Notes under the pieces: generated by a model
What the model was told of the DNA's origin: nothing
Database searches by the model: none
What the model saw: only the letters and a program-made list of their open reading frames with translations
Position numbers and translations under genes: made by a program
Assembly (NCBI GenBank): GCA_001792215.1
Contig: MGGC01000033.1
Coordinates: 2,527 to 66,526, forward strand
Source: Candidatus Woesebacteria bacterium RIFCSPHIGHO2_01_FULL_38_10
GTDB taxonomy: Bacteria; Patescibacteriota; Microgenomatia; UBA8517
DNA length: 64,000 nt
Direction: 5' to 3'
Shown here: positions 1-9,834 of the stretch, in pieces
Numbering within the stretch: position 1 is the stretch's first letter
Layout: the number at the start of each line of letters is the position of its first letter

Positions 1-217
1 CTCTTTTCCCGAGAGATATAATGGCACCAATACCAAGTTCTGGGGCGTAACGAACTCCTATTTCTCCATCTCCGCCCACACGTACAACTTGGTCGGTATC
101 ACCGAATTTTTTTTCCCCTCCTGACTCGAATACTACTCTCACTTTAGTTCCTGGCTGTAAATTTTTTGTTTCCTCACCAACCGTAAGAATTGTAAACTCC
201 TTACCACCTCGTCCCAT
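1..217 (-). CDS. small hypothetical protein, runs off window start
   Basis: Manual translation from ATG at 217: MGRGGKEFTILTVGEETKNLQPGTKVRVVFESGG..., open to position 1. Confidence 0.55.
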   Translation of the reverse strand, partial: MGRGGKEFTILTVGEETKNLQPGTKVRVVFESGGEKKFGDTDQVVRVGGDGEIGVRYAPELGIGAIISLGKR

Positions 218-300
218 AAATCTAGCCTGAAGTATACTCCACCTAAATTTAATTAACAAGACGTAAATTCAAAACTCACTCTACCAATACTTGTTGATCA

Positions 301-507
301 CTACGAAGATTGACCTTGTTTATCAACTTTTACACCCACTCCCTCCCAGGGTTTTACTAAAATTCGTCTCATAAAACCTCCTCTCGGATTCGGAGACACT
401 CCTAAGTCCATCTTTAACAAACCATCATCACTCACCTGTACCTTTGCTATCACTTTTCCACCATCAACTCTAACTCTTACTGTTCCACTCCATTTTCTCT
501 CAGTCAT
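301..507 (-). CDS. small hypothetical protein (68 aa, Gly/Val-rich)
   Basis: ORF track; same strand and similar composition as neighbouring small ORFs. Confidence 0.5.
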   Translation of the reverse strand: MTERKWSGTVRVRVDGGKVIAKVQVSDDGLLKMDLGVSPNPRGGFMRRILVKPWEGVGVKVDKQGQSS

Positions 508-601
508 ATTTTCAAATTCTTCTGAATTCTAGCGAAAATTCCCAACTCTGTAAATTAAACCAAACCACTTCGGAAGTGGAAAAACAAAAGGTAGAAAAAT
601 T

Positions 602-784
602 TCACTTTCGTCCCACTTTCCCTATAAAACCTCCAGTTCCCACCTTCAAACCCAATCGGGTCATAGTTCCCCTTGCTCTCACTGCTTTACGACCCCACGC
701 TAAGCAAACTTCAGCATCCCGACAGCCTCCTGTAATAAATTCCATAGCAACTTCCTCATTACTTCCTTTTAGACTACAACACAC
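602..784 (-). CDS. small hypothetical protein (start uncertain)
   Basis: ORF track; co-oriented downstream of serS. Confidence 0.3.
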   Translation of the reverse strand: MCCSLKGSNEEVAMEFITGGCRDAEVCLAWGRKAVRARGTMTRLGLKVGTGGFIGKVGRK

Positions 785-826
785 AGTGTGGATTCATACA
801 GTATCTTTCCCCTGCATCCTCTATGC

Positions 827-2056
827 TCATTTCTTTATCACATCCTTTCCCATCCATTTACGTAAAACTTCAGGAATGGTAACCGACCCGTCTTCTTGCT
901 GATAATTTTCTAAAATCGCTAAGATCGGACGCTGTGAAAATGCAGTACCATTTAACATATGAACAAACTTTCTTTCACCTCTATCCTCATATTTAATGTG
1001 CAACCTTCTCGCTTGAAAATCAGTGGTAGTAGAAGTTGAAGTCAATTCCCGATATTTTCCCTCCCCCGGAAACCATCCTTCAAGGTCATATTTCCGAGCC
1101 ATAGGAAATCCTAAATCACCCGAACACATCTTACTTACTTGATAAGGAATACCTAATTTTCGCAAGAACTTTTCCTCGAGCGAAAGCAAGTATTCATGCT
1201 CTCGATCCGACTCGTCTTCAGTTGTAAAAGAAAACATTTCAGTCTTATTAAACTGATGCACTCGAAAAGCACCTTTTGTGTCTTTCCCATATGAACCCGC
1301 TTCACGCCGGAAACAAGTTGAATAACCAATATATCTTTTAGGAAGTTCATCTTTTTTTAAAACTTCAACTGAATGAAGCGGTCCGATTGACTGCTCACTA
1401 GTTCCCACCAAAACAAGGTTATCTTTATCTAAAACATACATCTCATCTATTCCGCCATGTTCTATATAACCCATTGACTTCATCGAACCTTCTTTTATAA
1501 TCACTGGAGGAATTATTGGAGTAAATCCTTCTTTAATTAATTCGGCAAATGCAAATTGGGTTAATGCAAACTCAAGTAACACTCCATCTCCTTTTAGATA
1601 AAAAAACCGAGTACCAGAAACTACCGAACCAGAATCTGTGTCAATGATTCCTAAGCTTTCACCCAATACCCAATGAGGCTTTGGGTCAAAATTAAATTTT
1701 CTTGGTTCACCCCATTTTCTAATAACTTCATTTTCGGATTCATCTTTGCCGACTTTTACATCATCAGAAGGTAAGTTTGGAATTTGATAAAGTGCTTCCG
1801 TAAACTGATCTTCAACTTTTATTCTTTTATGTTCGAGTTTTTTTAATACTTCTCTGATTCTTTTTCCTTCCTCGATATTTTTATCCTTAGCGAATTTATT
1901 TTTATCAACCCGAAGTTCTCCAATTTCTTTTAATAAAGTACGCCTTATTTCATCAAGTTCCAAAACTTTATCAACAATTTTTGGATCCAACTGCTTATCC
2001 GCCACTCTCTTTTTAACTTTATCTTTATTTTCGCGAATAAACTGAATGTCTAACAT
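827..2056 (-). CDS. serS: serine--tRNA ligase
   Basis: MLDIQFIREN start, coiled-coil arm, GTSEQ, FRREAGSYG motif 2, HMLNGTA motif 3. Confidence 0.98.
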   Translation of the reverse strand: MLDIQFIRENKDKVKKRVADKQLDPKIVDKVLELDEIRRTLLKEIGELRVDKNKFAKDKNIEEGKRIREVLKKLEHKRIKVEDQFTEALYQIPNLPSDDVKVGKDESENEVIRKWGEPRKFNFDPKPHWVLGESLGIIDTDSGSVVSGTRFFYLKGDGVLLEFALTQFAFAELIKEGFTPIIPPVIIKEGSMKSMGYIEHGGIDEMYVLDKDNLVLVGTSEQSIGPLHSVEVLKKDELPKRYIGYSTCFRREAGSYGKDTKGAFRVHQFNKTEMFSFTTEDESDREHEYLLSLEEKFLRKLGIPYQVSKMCSGDLGFPMARKYDLEGWFPGEGKYRELTSTSTTTDFQARRLHIKYEDRGERKFVHMLNGTAFSQRPILAILENYQQEDGSVTIPEVLRKWMGKDVIKK

Positions 2057-2105
2057 ATCTTTGATGATAAGAAACTTATAAGACTTATCACTTTAAACCT
2101 TTTTA

Positions 2106-2672
2106 CTATAATCCTAACTCTTCTGATATTCCCTGCAAAGCAGAAAGTGCAATTTCGATAAATTCCCTCAAAGGAATTCCTAATCGAGGTGTACATTTCT
2201 CGATCTGCTTTCTATCAACGCCCGCGGCAAATGACGGAGAGTTCCATTTTTTCAATACAGAGTCCGTAGTAACCGAGGCAAGCTTTTTGTCTGGTTTAAC
2301 CAGGGTAACTGCAACAATTAAACCAGTCAGCTCATCACAACAATAAAGCGCCCATCCCATTTTTTCTCTCGGTTCTGGTACCCCCTCAACATAACCCCAA
2401 GCATGAGAAATGATAGCTTCTTTTATATCTGATTCCGCATCAATTTTCTCCAGCCATTTAATAACTTCTTTTGTGTGTTTATTTTTGGGGTCGTCCTTGG
2501 TTTCTTCATAATCTGCATCATGTAAAAGCCCGACAATCCTCCACTTCTCCTCATCATCAGCAAATCTTTTGGCTAAGGAACCCATCACAGCTTCAACAGC
2601 GTAACAGTGACGCCTCAGATTCTCATTCTTCATATGCTTATGAAGAAGTTCTAGTGCCTGATCTCTTTTCAT
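2106..2672 (-). CDS. HD/HDIG-domain phosphohydrolase
   Basis: HCYAVE...GLLHDADYE...D motif; probable ATG at 2672 preceded by GGTGAGG. Confidence 0.88.
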   Translation of the reverse strand: MKRDQALELLHKHMKNENLRRHCYAVEAVMGSLAKRFADDEEKWRIVGLLHDADYEETKDDPKNKHTKEVIKWLEKIDAESDIKEAIISHAWGYVEGVPEPREKMGWALYCCDELTGLIVAVTLVKPDKKLASVTTDSVLKKWNSPSFAAGVDRKQIEKCTPRLGIPLREFIEIALSALQGISEELGL

Positions 2673-2723
2673 AAATACCTCACCGCCTTTCAAAATGAAT
2701 GTCCTGTGTAATAATCATTTCCT

Positions 2724-2957
2724 TCATTCATATAGCTTCTGGTAACTAAAACAACCCCTTCGAATAGTTTCGTCGTTTGGCGAACCTTCAAGCCAGATAT
2801 TTCCTAAATATTTACAGATATACCTATTATTTTTGGCTAGTTTATTTAAAAAAAGTAAGGCCAAAACGGCAAATATCATAAAAAATGGTATCACCAGTAC
2901 AAAATAAATTAAATCGAAATTATTTTTTTGACTTTTCTTTTTTTTCTTTCTTAGCAT
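2724..2957 (-). CDS. small single-pass membrane protein
   Basis: Basic N-terminus then hydrophobic helix; overlaps lysS stop. Confidence 0.6.
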   Translation of the reverse strand: MLRKKKKKSQKNNFDLIYFVLVIPFFMIFAVLALLFLNKLAKNNRYICKYLGNIWLEGSPNDETIRRGCFSYQKLYE

Positions 2958-4408
2958 TTTTTGCGCCGCAAAGTTGGGAAAAGAATAACTTCTTTTATCG
3001 ACCAGCTGTTTGTAAAAAACATTACTAATCTATCAATTCCTATCCCAACTCCTCCAAGTGGTGGCATTCCATACTCCATTGCCTCAATAAAATCCTCATC
3101 AACCTGTTGTGCTTCTTCTCTGTCCTTCCTGACAATCTTCACATCAGTTTCGAATCGTGCTCTTTGCTCCATCGGGTCGGTAAGCTCACTCCAACCATCG
3201 CAAATTTCCTTTCCTCCAATGTAACCTTCAAAACGCTCAACCCAGCCTTCTTTATCGCTACGATCTTTAGATAAGGGACTTACATCCTTCGGATAACCAA
3301 TAATCCATGTTGGATCAATAAGTTTATTCGTAACCTCATGTTCAAAAATTAGATAGATCAGCTGTCCCTTAGTCTCACCGCCGACAATTTCTATACGCTT
3401 TTCACGGCAATAATTCTCTAAAGCTTTTTCAGTCTCTGTGAGAACATCCAGACCGAGGTTAATTTTAATAGCACTAACCATCTCAATTCTTGGCCAACTT
3501 TTTCCAATATTTATTTTTCTACCTCCAACCGTCATTTTCAATTCACCGAAAATTTCTTTAGCCAAATGTTTAAACAATCCCTCAGTCACATCCATAATCC
3601 GCTGGTAGTCAGCATACGACTCATAATACTCAACCATCGTAAACTCGGGATTGTGAGACTGATCAATACCTTCATTTCTGAAATCTTTGCAAATTTCGTA
3701 AACTTTTTCGTAACCGCCAATTACTAGGCGTTTTAAGTAAAGCTCATCGGCAATCCTCAGGTAAAAATCGCTGTCGAGTGCGTTGTGGTAAGTAGTAAAA
3801 GGTTTTGCGTTAGCTCCGCCGTAAAGAGGTTGCAACGTGGGAGTTTCAACTTCCCAAAAACCTAAACCGTCCAGATATCTGCGAAGCTCGCGTACCAGCC
3901 TTGTTCTGACATTAAATCTCTCTCTGACCTCGGGATTAAACAAAAGATCCAAATATCTTTTCCTGTACCTATCCTCAATATCTTTCAACCCGTACCAACT
4001 TGAAGGAAGGGGACGAATGGATTTTGTGAGAAGTTGGAAGTCGGAAACGTCAACTGTAATTTCCCCTGCGGAAGTTTTGGTTACTTTTCCTTTTGCATAC
4101 AAAAAATCACCAATGTCTAAATATTTAAGAAATTTGAAATCTTCTATCAAATTATCTTTCTGAAACCAAAGCTGAATTTGACCCGTTTCATCCTTTAAAT
4201 CAGCAAAAACAACATTCCCGTGTTCCCTCCAACCAATTATTCTCCCAGCAACCTCAACAGTCTTTCCTTTAAAACTCCTCGCTTTTCCAATCGCTTTCGG
4301 TTCTCCTTTAACTTTAGAGGGGTAGGGATTAATTCCTAACTCACGCAGTTTCTCAACTTTCTGAAGTCTAATTTTTCTAATTTCCTGAAGTTTATTCTTT
4401 GCCATCAT
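2951..4408 (-). CDS. lysS: lysine--tRNA ligase (class II)
   Basis: YGGANAKPF, YLRIADELYLKRL, FRNEGID, GMPPLGGVGIGIDRL. Confidence 0.98.
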   Translation of the reverse strand: MMAKNKLQEIRKIRLQKVEKLRELGINPYPSKVKGEPKAIGKARSFKGKTVEVAGRIIGWREHGNVVFADLKDETGQIQLWFQKDNLIEDFKFLKYLDIGDFLYAKGKVTKTSAGEITVDVSDFQLLTKSIRPLPSSWYGLKDIEDRYRKRYLDLLFNPEVRERFNVRTRLVRELRRYLDGLGFWEVETPTLQPLYGGANAKPFTTYHNALDSDFYLRIADELYLKRLVIGGYEKVYEICKDFRNEGIDQSHNPEFTMVEYYESYADYQRIMDVTEGLFKHLAKEIFGELKMTVGGRKINIGKSWPRIEMVSAIKINLGLDVLTETEKALENYCREKRIEIVGGETKGQLIYLIFEHEVTNKLIDPTWIIGYPKDVSPLSKDRSDKEGWVERFEGYIGGKEICDGWSELTDPMEQRARFETDVKIVRKDREEAQQVDEDFIEAMEYGMPPLGGVGIGIDRLVMFFTNSWSIKEVILFPTLRRKKC

Positions 4409-4467
4409 TTTGTTTGGCTTAAGTTTAACAAACTCGAAGCGAACAGTAAATTAGACCGCTCTTAAAT

Positions 4468-4923
4468 TCATCCAATCGAGACTATTTCGTAGATTATTTT
4501 TCCAGCAGGAGCTTCAACTTCAACCTTTTCTCCAATCTTTTTACCAATTAACGCCTTTCCCAAAGGAGAAGTGTGGGATATTTTTTTTCCGGCTGGATCC
4601 GCTTCCCATTCGCCAACGATATAAAAAACATGTTCCTTCCTACCAGTCCTCAGGGTAACTTTGGTTCCCACAGAAACAGCATTTTTACTGGAACTGGCAA
4701 CAACTTGGGCATTTCTAAACACGTACTCGATCTCAGATATCCTTCCGTCAAGAAACTCTAGATCGTTCTTTGCACTATGATAATCACTATTTTCAGTAAG
4801 ATCTCCCTGAGTCCTCGCATCAGAAAGCCTCTCCACAAGTTCCGGCCTTTTAACATTTTTTAACTCCTCAAGTTCTTTCTTTAATTCTTCTAAACCTTCT
4901 TTTGTTATTTGTATTTTTTTCAT
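4468..4923 (-). CDS. greA: transcription elongation factor GreA
   Basis: ARTQGDLTENSDY, ISHTSPLGKAL. Confidence 0.97.
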   Translation of the reverse strand: MKKIQITKEGLEELKKELEELKNVKRPELVERLSDARTQGDLTENSDYHSAKNDLEFLDGRISEIEYVFRNAQVVASSSKNAVSVGTKVTLRTGRKEHVFYIVGEWEADPAGKKISHTSPLGKALIGKKIGEKVEVEAPAGKIIYEIVSIG

Positions 4924-4998
4924 ATTTTTATTCTGAATTCTGCACCTTGGTTAAGGAAAAATCAGTTATCAGTCTACAATGTTAATATTACCAAAACT

Positions 4999-5096
4999 AA
5001 AAAAACTCCCTCAATCATGGGAAAGTGATTTAACTTAACCTCCCCACGAGCTTACCCAACCTTGATATCTTGGGTAAAAAAAGAAAATGAGGGAGT
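4999..5096 (-). terminator. branched leader hairpin with U-tract upstream of greA (putative attenuator)
   Basis: ACTCCCTCA (5005-5013) pairs with TGAGGGAGT (5088-5096), encloses two inner stems and is followed by a U run on the minus strand. Confidence 0.6.
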
Positions 5097-5128
5097 AAAT
5101 GACATATTTTTTAATTTGATTTAAAAGG

Positions 5129-5157
5129 ATTTTAGAGACTTTGTAATAAAATGTCAA
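5129..5157 (-). promoter_or_regulatory. sigma70-type promoter for greA-lysS
   Basis: TTGACA (5157-5152), 17 bp, TAAAAT (5134-5129). Confidence 0.75.
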
Positions 5158-5263
5158 TACAGACTAATATCATCTTTGGACGCCCTTAAACCAAGGTTCC
5201 TACAAGGATTGTAAAATAGCAGCACTATAAGCTAAAATATACCAATCTTTTTTGAATTTACCA

Positions 5264-5336
5264 GGCGCTGTAGTCTAGAGGCTTAGGACATTGGGTTCTC
5301 ATCCCAAAAACCCGGGTTCAAATCCCGGCAGCGTCA
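5264..5336 (+). tRNA. tRNA-Glu(CTC), CCA not encoded
   Basis: Cloverleaf: GGCGCTG/CAGCGTC acceptor, TTGGG-TTCTCAT-CCCAA anticodon arm, CCGGG-TTCAAAT-CCCGG T arm. Confidence 0.96.
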
Positions 5337-5399
5337 CCCAAGGCTAAATTTTCCAACTTTACAATTTTTCTATCAAATCCGAGGCTAGAAAAGTTCGAA

Positions 5400-5790
5400 T
5401 CAATTTTGGGTGTTATCGGTTTTCTTTACAGCTTTCTTGGAAATAACCCAATAGGTTGTAGATCCTGCACCCATTTTTTCTAAAACTTTTATATCCTCTA
5501 GTCTCTTTAATTTTGCCTGTGCTGTACGCTTAGGTACTTCCAGGATATCGGTAACATCTGAACTTGTGATTTACCCCTTTGTTACCACAAAATCCACAAT
5601 TTTTAACTCATCTTGATCTAAAACATTTCTGACTGCATGCAGGTCGCCTACAACTGACAAGTGCCTTCCACCCTTGGGGTGGAATAGGTATGCCACCTCA
5701 GGGTAATATTGCATATGCCATCTGAATATGTCACCTGTTAGGTCAACTAGTCCTGTCCGGTAAAATGGGTGTACATATAAATTCATTAAT
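5400..5790 (-). pseudogene. decayed Fic-family/wHTH gene remnant
   Basis: VHPFY fragment; after in-frame TAA the frame continues ITSSDVTDILEVPKRTAQAKLKRLEDIKVLEKMGAGSTTYW (winged helix typical of Fic C-termini). Confidence 0.55.
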
Positions 5791-5799
5791 AACACTAGT

Positions 5800-6753
5800 T
5801 CATTTAAACAAAACAGTTTCAAATTCCTTCAGACTCTTCTTCTTTAAAAAATTTGCAATCTTGACCGGCTCTGAAGAATAACCTAATTTCTCAACCAACC
5901 CTCTTAAGTTTAACTCTTTTCCAAACATCAGACCCATTTTCTTAAAACTCCCTTTTTCATTCCTCTGCCTTTGCCTTTCCCTTGCACAATTAAATACATC
6001 TCTAACTGATAATCCGTAAAAAAGAAAGGGGACAAGAATAATATTATCCAAATTAATATTCTCAAAACTCAGTACATTTTTTACTATTCTTCCTATTCCC
6101 TCTCCCCATTTATTTGTAATTTGGGAACCTGCTCCAGGAAAAATAACCACCACTTCACCATTCACAAGTTTATGAGCAGCTTTTTTAAGACTTCCTTGAT
6201 TGAGTCTGATTATATCTTTTTCAGACAGATTTTCACTTCTGTACAGGGCATTTACAGGGCTGAATAAATCCCTCAAACCTCTAATTGGACTGTCAACTGC
6301 ATATCTTTTTGGCATTATCGGAATAAAATTTTTCTTAAAATTTTTACCAAAATGATAGGCTGTTTTGATAACAATCACACTAACGTCACTTCTTTGAAGG
6401 ATGGACGGAATAATAAAAGGTTCAATAGTAAACTCATGACTTCCAAATAGTAAGACACCTTTCTTTTTACTCTTAATCCAAGTTTCCTCTTTTCCTTCTC
6501 TGTCAATATTTATCCCAATGTTGTCTAAAAAAAATTTAGATGCGTTTTGTAAGCCGTAAGATTCAATGTCCTTGTCCATCTGGAAAAATTTTTCCAATAA
6601 GGGGTAAATTCCGTAAAATCTAGAATCCAGATGATAAACTAGATTAATGAGCGTATTTTTACTTCTCAGATCATCCCAGCTATCTAGTGCCTTAGAAAGA
6701 CCTCCCTCTTTTAGAGATTTATGTATTTCACCAATAAAATTCATTATTTTCAT
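5800..6753 (-). CDS. putative glycerolipid acyltransferase-like protein (PlsC/LPLAT fold)
   Basis: GSHEFTIEP (HX4D/E-like) and VVVIFPGAG blocks. Confidence 0.55.
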   Translation of the reverse strand: MKIMNFIGEIHKSLKEGGLSKALDSWDDLRSKNTLINLVYHLDSRFYGIYPLLEKFFQMDKDIESYGLQNASKFFLDNIGINIDREGKEETWIKSKKKGVLLFGSHEFTIEPFIIPSILQRSDVSVIVIKTAYHFGKNFKKNFIPIMPKRYAVDSPIRGLRDLFSPVNALYRSENLSEKDIIRLNQGSLKKAAHKLVNGEVVVIFPGAGSQITNKWGEGIGRIVKNVLSFENINLDNIILVPFLFYGLSVRDVFNCARERQRQRNEKGSFKKMGLMFGKELNLRGLVEKLGYSSEPVKIANFLKKKSLKEFETVLFK

Positions 6754-6823
6754 TTCAGTCTAATCGATTTTAACAAATTTTCCTCCCAGATTTTAACTGA
6801 AAACATATAGTGAAGTTTTTCTC

Positions 6824-9280
6824 TTAAGCCACTAAAAAAGGAGAACTCTGTCTAAATTTTACACTTTTTAAACTCCTGGAGCTAACAGGTTTTCTCTTAA
6901 GAACCACTTCCAAAACCTCATCATAATTACTAACAAAGACAAATCTTATATCTTTTTTAGTTTTTTCCGGCACTTCCTCTAGATCTTTTTTGTTGTCTCT
7001 GGGCAAAACGATTGTTTTTAGCCCGGCACGATGGGCGGCAATAACCTTTTCTTTTACCCCTCCTATCTCAAGAACTCTTCCTCTCAAGGTTATTTCCCCA
7101 GTCATGCCAACATCTCTTCTTGTCGGAACGCCAGTAAGTGCAGAAACCAAAGCTGTTGTTATCGCAATTCCTGCTGATGGGCCATCTTTCGGAACTGCTC
7201 CCTCCGGCACATGGATATGAACATCAATCTTTCTGCCAAAATTATTTTCCTGTCCCAATTCTCTCCAATGAGACTTTGCCCAGGTAAAGGCAGCCTTAGC
7301 TGATTCTTTCATCACACTACCTAATTGCCCAGTTAAGGTGAGCTTACCTTTACCAGGCATAAGAGCCACTTCGATAAAAAGAATCTCTCCTCCTGCTGCG
7401 GTAACCGAAAGCCCGGTTGCCATACCAATTTCATCCTTTTTTTCGGCAATTAGTGAAGAAAACTTCTGCGGTCCCAAAAACTTCCTAATTTCATCAACCC
7501 CAATCGACTCTTTCCATTTTTTCTTTTCAGCAACCAGTCTCGCAATTTTCCTACAAACTGTTGCCAAATTACGCTCCAAATTCCTTACTCCAGCTTCCCT
7601 TGTATATCTTTCAATTATCTCGTTGATTGCTTTCTCAGAAATTTTAAGTCCCCGGTTTTCAATACCATGAAGTTTGACTTGCTTGGGCCAGAGAAATTCC
7701 TTTGCTATATTGTATTTTTCCTCCTGAGTATATCCGGGAAAAGTAATTATCTCCATTCTGTCCCTTAAGGCTGGGGGTATTTCTTCTACTACATTCCCGG
7801 TACAAATAAACATCACTTGTGATAGATCAAACGCGACTTCTAAATAGTGGTCTGAAAATTCTCGATTTTGCTCTGGATCGAGAGCCTCAAGAAGAGCTGA
7901 TGATGGATCACCTCTAAAATCAACTCCCAATTTATCAATCTCGTCCAACATAAATACAGGATTTTTGGTTCCTGCGTTCTTTATACCTTGAATAATTCTT
8001 CCAGGAAGTGCTCCAACATAAGTACGTCTGTGGCCTCTTATCTCGGCTTCATCTCTTATTCCACCCAATGACATCCTGACAAACTTTCTTCCCAAGGCCC
8101 TTGCTATTGATTTTCCAATAGAAGTTTTACCAACTCCTGGAGGACCTATAAAACAAAGAATTGTCGACTGAGAATCTGACGTCTCCTTTTCCTTTTGGGT
8201 CTTTTGCCTTTTTTTACCCTTAGATTCACTTTTAACTTTCATAACTGCCAGGTATTCAATTATTCTTTCCTTCACCTTTTCCAAACCGAAATGATCATCT
8301 TCTAAAACTTTTGCGGCATTTTTGATTGAAACGTTATTGGGAGTAACTGCCCCCCAAGGCATTTCTGTTAGCCAATCTAGGTAATTTCTGATGTACCCGC
8401 CTTCAGGGTTGTGAGGAGAAAGTTGGCTTAACCTTTTCAACTCTTTATTGGCTTTTTCCAGCACTTCTTTAGGCATTTTTGACTCTTTTATCTTTCTTTT
8501 GTATTCCTTTAGCTCTTCATTAGATAAATCCCCTTCGTCAATCTCACCCAATTCTTCCTCAATAGTTTTCTTCTTTTCCCTAAGCATCGCCTTTCTCATC
8601 TGATCTTCAAACCTCCTTTGCGTCTTTGAGGAAATTGTCTTTTCAAGCTCAAGCACATTAATCTCATGAAGTAAATAGTGATGTACCCTAAGAAGCCTCT
8701 TTTTAATTGGAAGTGTCTCCAAAAGGTCTTGTTTTTTCCTTGTATCAACCTCTAAAATAGAAGCAATTTTATCAGCCAGTTCAGAGGCGCTAACTTTCCC
8801 CGAAACCAATCTCATTACAGTCATTATTTCTGCCTGTTTACCTAAGTTTATTGCCTTTTTAAACAGTTCCTCGATCTTGTTACTAAGAGCAGTTATTTCA
8901 GGAGATTCATTTTTCTCTTCTAAAATTTCTTCAACCTTTCCCAAAAGAAAATCTTCGTTTTCGACAAGATCTAAAAGTCTTATCCTAGATTTTCCCCGAA
9001 CTACTGCATGAATTTCACCCTCTGTTGACATCATCTGGGTAATCGTACCAATGGTTCCCACTTTATATAGGTCCTCAAAGCCGGGATTCGGAGTCCGGGC
9101 ATCTTTTTGTGTAAGTATCCCAACTATCTTATCTTCCTGGAAAGAAAAGTTTACCGCTGCTACACTTTTTTTTCTTCCAAAGGAAAGAACAGCGTCAGTG
9201 TGGGGAAATACGACTGAACCGCGAATTGCAACAATTGGAATTTTTCTAATATTATTTTGTTTATTTTCTTCCATTAACAA
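6824..9280 (-). CDS. lon: ATP-dependent protease La
   Basis: GPPGVGKTS, DEAEIRGHRRTY, PKDGPSAG catalytic Ser. Confidence 0.98.
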   Translation of the reverse strand: MLMEENKQNNIRKIPIVAIRGSVVFPHTDAVLSFGRKKSVAAVNFSFQEDKIVGILTQKDARTPNPGFEDLYKVGTIGTITQMMSTEGEIHAVVRGKSRIRLLDLVENEDFLLGKVEEILEEKNESPEITALSNKIEELFKKAINLGKQAEIMTVMRLVSGKVSASELADKIASILEVDTRKKQDLLETLPIKKRLLRVHHYLLHEINVLELEKTISSKTQRRFEDQMRKAMLREKKKTIEEELGEIDEGDLSNEELKEYKRKIKESKMPKEVLEKANKELKRLSQLSPHNPEGGYIRNYLDWLTEMPWGAVTPNNVSIKNAAKVLEDDHFGLEKVKERIIEYLAVMKVKSESKGKKRQKTQKEKETSDSQSTILCFIGPPGVGKTSIGKSIARALGRKFVRMSLGGIRDEAEIRGHRRTYVGALPGRIIQGIKNAGTKNPVFMLDEIDKLGVDFRGDPSSALLEALDPEQNREFSDHYLEVAFDLSQVMFICTGNVVEEIPPALRDRMEIITFPGYTQEEKYNIAKEFLWPKQVKLHGIENRGLKISEKAINEIIERYTREAGVRNLERNLATVCRKIARLVAEKKKWKESIGVDEIRKFLGPQKFSSLIAEKKDEIGMATGLSVTAAGGEILFIEVALMPGKGKLTLTGQLGSVMKESAKAAFTWAKSHWRELGQENNFGRKIDVHIHVPEGAVPKDGPSAGIAITTALVSALTGVPTRRDVGMTGEITLRGRVLEIGGVKEKVIAAHRAGLKTIVLPRDNKKDLEEVPEKTKKDIRFVFVSNYDEVLEVVLKRKPVSSRSLKSVKFRQSSPFLVA

Positions 9281-9301
9281 CTTGCGATCAAAAAGCTAAC
9301 A

Positions 9302-9335
9302 TTAGCAGTCTAGTTCTTAAAGTGCTAATTGTCAA
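9302..9335 (-). promoter_or_regulatory. CIRCE (HrcA operator) overlapping lon promoter
   Basis: TTAGCAGTC-N9-AAGTGCTAA (9302-9328; consensus TTAGCACTC-N9-GAGTGCTAA); minus strand TTGACA-17-TAGACT. Confidence 0.8.
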
Positions 9336-9339
9336 GTGT

Positions 9340-9834
9340 CTACTTTTTGAGAAGCTTAAACAGATGGAGCTTTTCTACACCAACTGCCGTTATTATTCCT
9401 AAGACAGCTCCACCTAAAATGTCTAAAAAATAGTGAACGTTTCCCAACATTCTTCCTGTTCCTACCAGAACAGCAAGGATTAGAAAATAGTTTCCAACTT
9501 TCTTATTGTGTAACCAAATACTGACAGCCAAACTAAATGCGACAGCTGCGTGGTTGGAAGGAAAAGAACCACCCGAAGGAGTTGTTAAAGTTAAAGGCAT
9601 TGCGCCATTTACTTCAAAGGGTCTGGGAGAGGGAAATAAACTTTTGATCATTGTTGAAAGTGTCCAGGCAATTAGCATGGCTAATATTGTATGCAGGACC
9701 TGTTCCTTTCTCATTCTGCCATCGATGACCCAAAGAATGATCAGTCCTGCAAACATAAACCAGATTAAAAAACTTGCTAAAAAGATGGTTATATTTGAAA
9801 AAAGAATTTGATTCATTTTAATCGTGTATGACAA
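9340..9834 (-). CDS. PAP2-family phosphatase (undecaprenyl-PP phosphatase-like)
   Basis: KxxxxxxRP, SFPSNH, RxxxxVHY motifs; hydrophobic. Confidence 0.9.
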   Translation of the reverse strand: MSYTIKMNQILFSNITIFLASFLIWFMFAGLIILWVIDGRMRKEQVLHTILAMLIAWTLSTMIKSLFPSPRPFEVNGAMPLTLTTPSGGSFPSNHAAVAFSLAVSIWLHNKKVGNYFLILAVLVGTGRMLGNVHYFLDILGGAVLGIITAVGVEKLHLFKLLKK

